The notes under the pieces: generated by a model | What the model saw: the letters and a program-made list of their open reading frames with translations, nothing else | Database searches by the model: none | Told to the model about the DNA's origin: nothing | Shown: piece after piece, positions 29,106 to 29,705 of the stretch | Numbering within the stretch: position 1 is the first letter of the stretch | How the letters are laid out: the number at the start of each line of letters is the position of its first letter | Made by a program: the position numbers and the translations under genes | Origin: Planctomycetota bacterium | GTDB lineage: Bacteria > Planctomycetota > UBA8108 > UBA1146 | Assembly (NCBI GenBank): GCA_036338595.1 | Contig: JAYZBV010000108.1 | Span: forward strand, 1 to 29,705 | Length of the DNA stretch: 29,705 nucleotides | Direction of reading: 5' to 3'

Positions 29106-29273
29106 ATGAATGACGAGAAGAAGCTCTCCGACGACGATTTGAAGGACATTGCAGGAGGAGCCGGCAAGGTAACACCCTCCAAGAAAGAGTCCAAAGGTGA
29201 TGGAACGAAGGAAGAGACCAAGCCAGGTTTCAGTGCGGGTGCCGGACTCGATTCGGGTAGCAAGGGCAAGTAA
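29106..29273 (+). CDS. Double-glycine-leader peptide precursor 1 (55 aa)
   Basis: Below the ORF-track cutoff. AAAGG 7 nt upstream of ATG; MNDEKKLSDDDLKDIAGG-AGKVTPSKKESKGDGTKEETKPGFSAGAGLDSGSKGK*. Confidence 0.85.
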   Translation: MNDEKKLSDDDLKDIAGGAGKVTPSKKESKGDGTKEETKPGFSAGAGLDSGSKGK

Positions 29274-29290
29274 CTCCACAGGGAGCTGAC

Positions 29291-29335
29291 GGTGGCAGAT
29301 GGGCTCCTCGACGGTGCCCGTCTGCCCCCTTTTTT
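29291..29335 (+). terminator. Intrinsic terminator after precursor 1
   Basis: GGCAGATGGGC-TCCTCGACGGT-GCCCGTCTGCC-CCC-TTTTTT (11-bp stem with one G-U pair). Confidence 0.85.
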
Positions 29336-29409
29336 GACCGACCAGAAGCCGAGAGGTGCGCAAGGATGTCCTTCGCATTACAGCCACAGCCCCGCCGAAA
29401 GGTTACGCC

Positions 29410-29571
29410 ATGAATGACGAGAAGAAGCTCTCCGACGACGAGTTGAAGGATGTTGCAGGAGGAGTCAGGACCTTCAACTCCGCCAAGTCCAACACCAGTT
29501 TCAGTGTTGACGACAAAAAAGACGGAGACCCCAATAAGGGAGAAATCTCAAAAGGCACACCTGTCAAGTAA
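29410..29571 (+). CDS. Double-glycine-leader peptide precursor 2 (53 aa)
   Basis: AAAGG 7 nt upstream of ATG 29410 (the ORF track starts it too early, at 29356); MNDEKKLSDDELKDVAGG-VRTFNSAKSNTSFSVDDKKDGDPNKGEISKGTPVK*. Confidence 0.85.
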   Translation: MNDEKKLSDDELKDVAGGVRTFNSAKSNTSFSVDDKKDGDPNKGEISKGTPVK

Positions 29572-29588
29572 CTCCACAGGGAGCTGAC

Positions 29589-29633
29589 GGTGGCAGATGG
29601 GCTCCCTGATGGTGCCCGTCTGCCCCCTTTTTT
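29589..29633 (+). terminator. Intrinsic terminator after precursor 2
   Basis: GGCAGATGGGC-TCCCTGATGGT-GCCCGTCTGCC-CCC-TTTTTT; stem identical to the first copy, loop changed. Confidence 0.85.
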
Positions 29634-29705
29634 GCCCGACCAGAAACGAGATGGTCGCCAAGCCGTCCTTCGCCTCTCCATGGGCCAGGACCAGAAAGGA
29701 CTCGA

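Larger units (their letters stand above)
29071..29673 (+). repeat. Tandem direct repeat, two units of about 300 bp (29071-29374 and 29375-29673), with conserved flanks and a variable centre
   Basis: 5' flank GCAyTACmGCCACAGCCCCGCCGAAAGGTTrCGCCATG in both units; leader-coding DNA 51/54 identical; 3' flank from CAAGTAA to CCGACCAGAA differs at 4 positions; looser similarity continues to GTCCTTCGC. Confidence 0.95.

Noticed and set aside
29071..29673. Tandem repeat as CRISPR array, integron cassettes or IS ends
   Set aside because: Unit length about 300 bp with a coding conserved part; no cas, integrase or transposase gene; the hairpins are followed by T6 like terminators.
28989..29681. Minus-strand ORFs 28989-29387, 29006-29269 and 29403-29681
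   Set aside because: They lie antisense to the peptide cassettes; RBS, leader motif and terminator polarity all support the plus strand.
1..29705. Visually frequent GATC/TCGA/CGATCG words
   Set aside because: Plausibly explained by ATC, GAT and GAC codon usage; enrichment cannot be established without a Markov-model count.

Overview
GC-rich bacterial chromosomal segment, most likely from a Planctomycetota lineage (PSD1/planctomycete cytochrome c plus DUF1501 pair, sulfatase, dockerin-like C-terminal modules). Left to right it holds: a minus-strand block of exported proteins (DUF1501, PSD1/cytochrome c, diheme cytochrome c peroxidase, FG-GAP/PKD protein), thpR, a lipoprotein sulfatase, an ECF sigma factor, an aas-mazG-lptF-lptG run, a cystathionine beta-synthase/gamma-lyase pair, a nagB-like gene, a PHP metallohydrolase with a GspG-like tail, selB, a membrane protein, a pseudouridine synthase and a lipoprotein. 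The most striking element is at the right end (29071-29673): a tandem duplication of about 304 bp. Each unit has an RBS, a 53-55 aa peptide with a near-identical double-glycine leader (MNDEKKLSDD[D/E]LKD[I/V]AGG) and a divergent Cys-free core, and its own conserved terminator hairpin. This looks like an array of secreted peptide/RiPP precursor cassettes. The ORF track misses the first peptide and mis-starts the second. No maturase or transporter is visible in the window. All family assignments come from motif recognition, not database searches.
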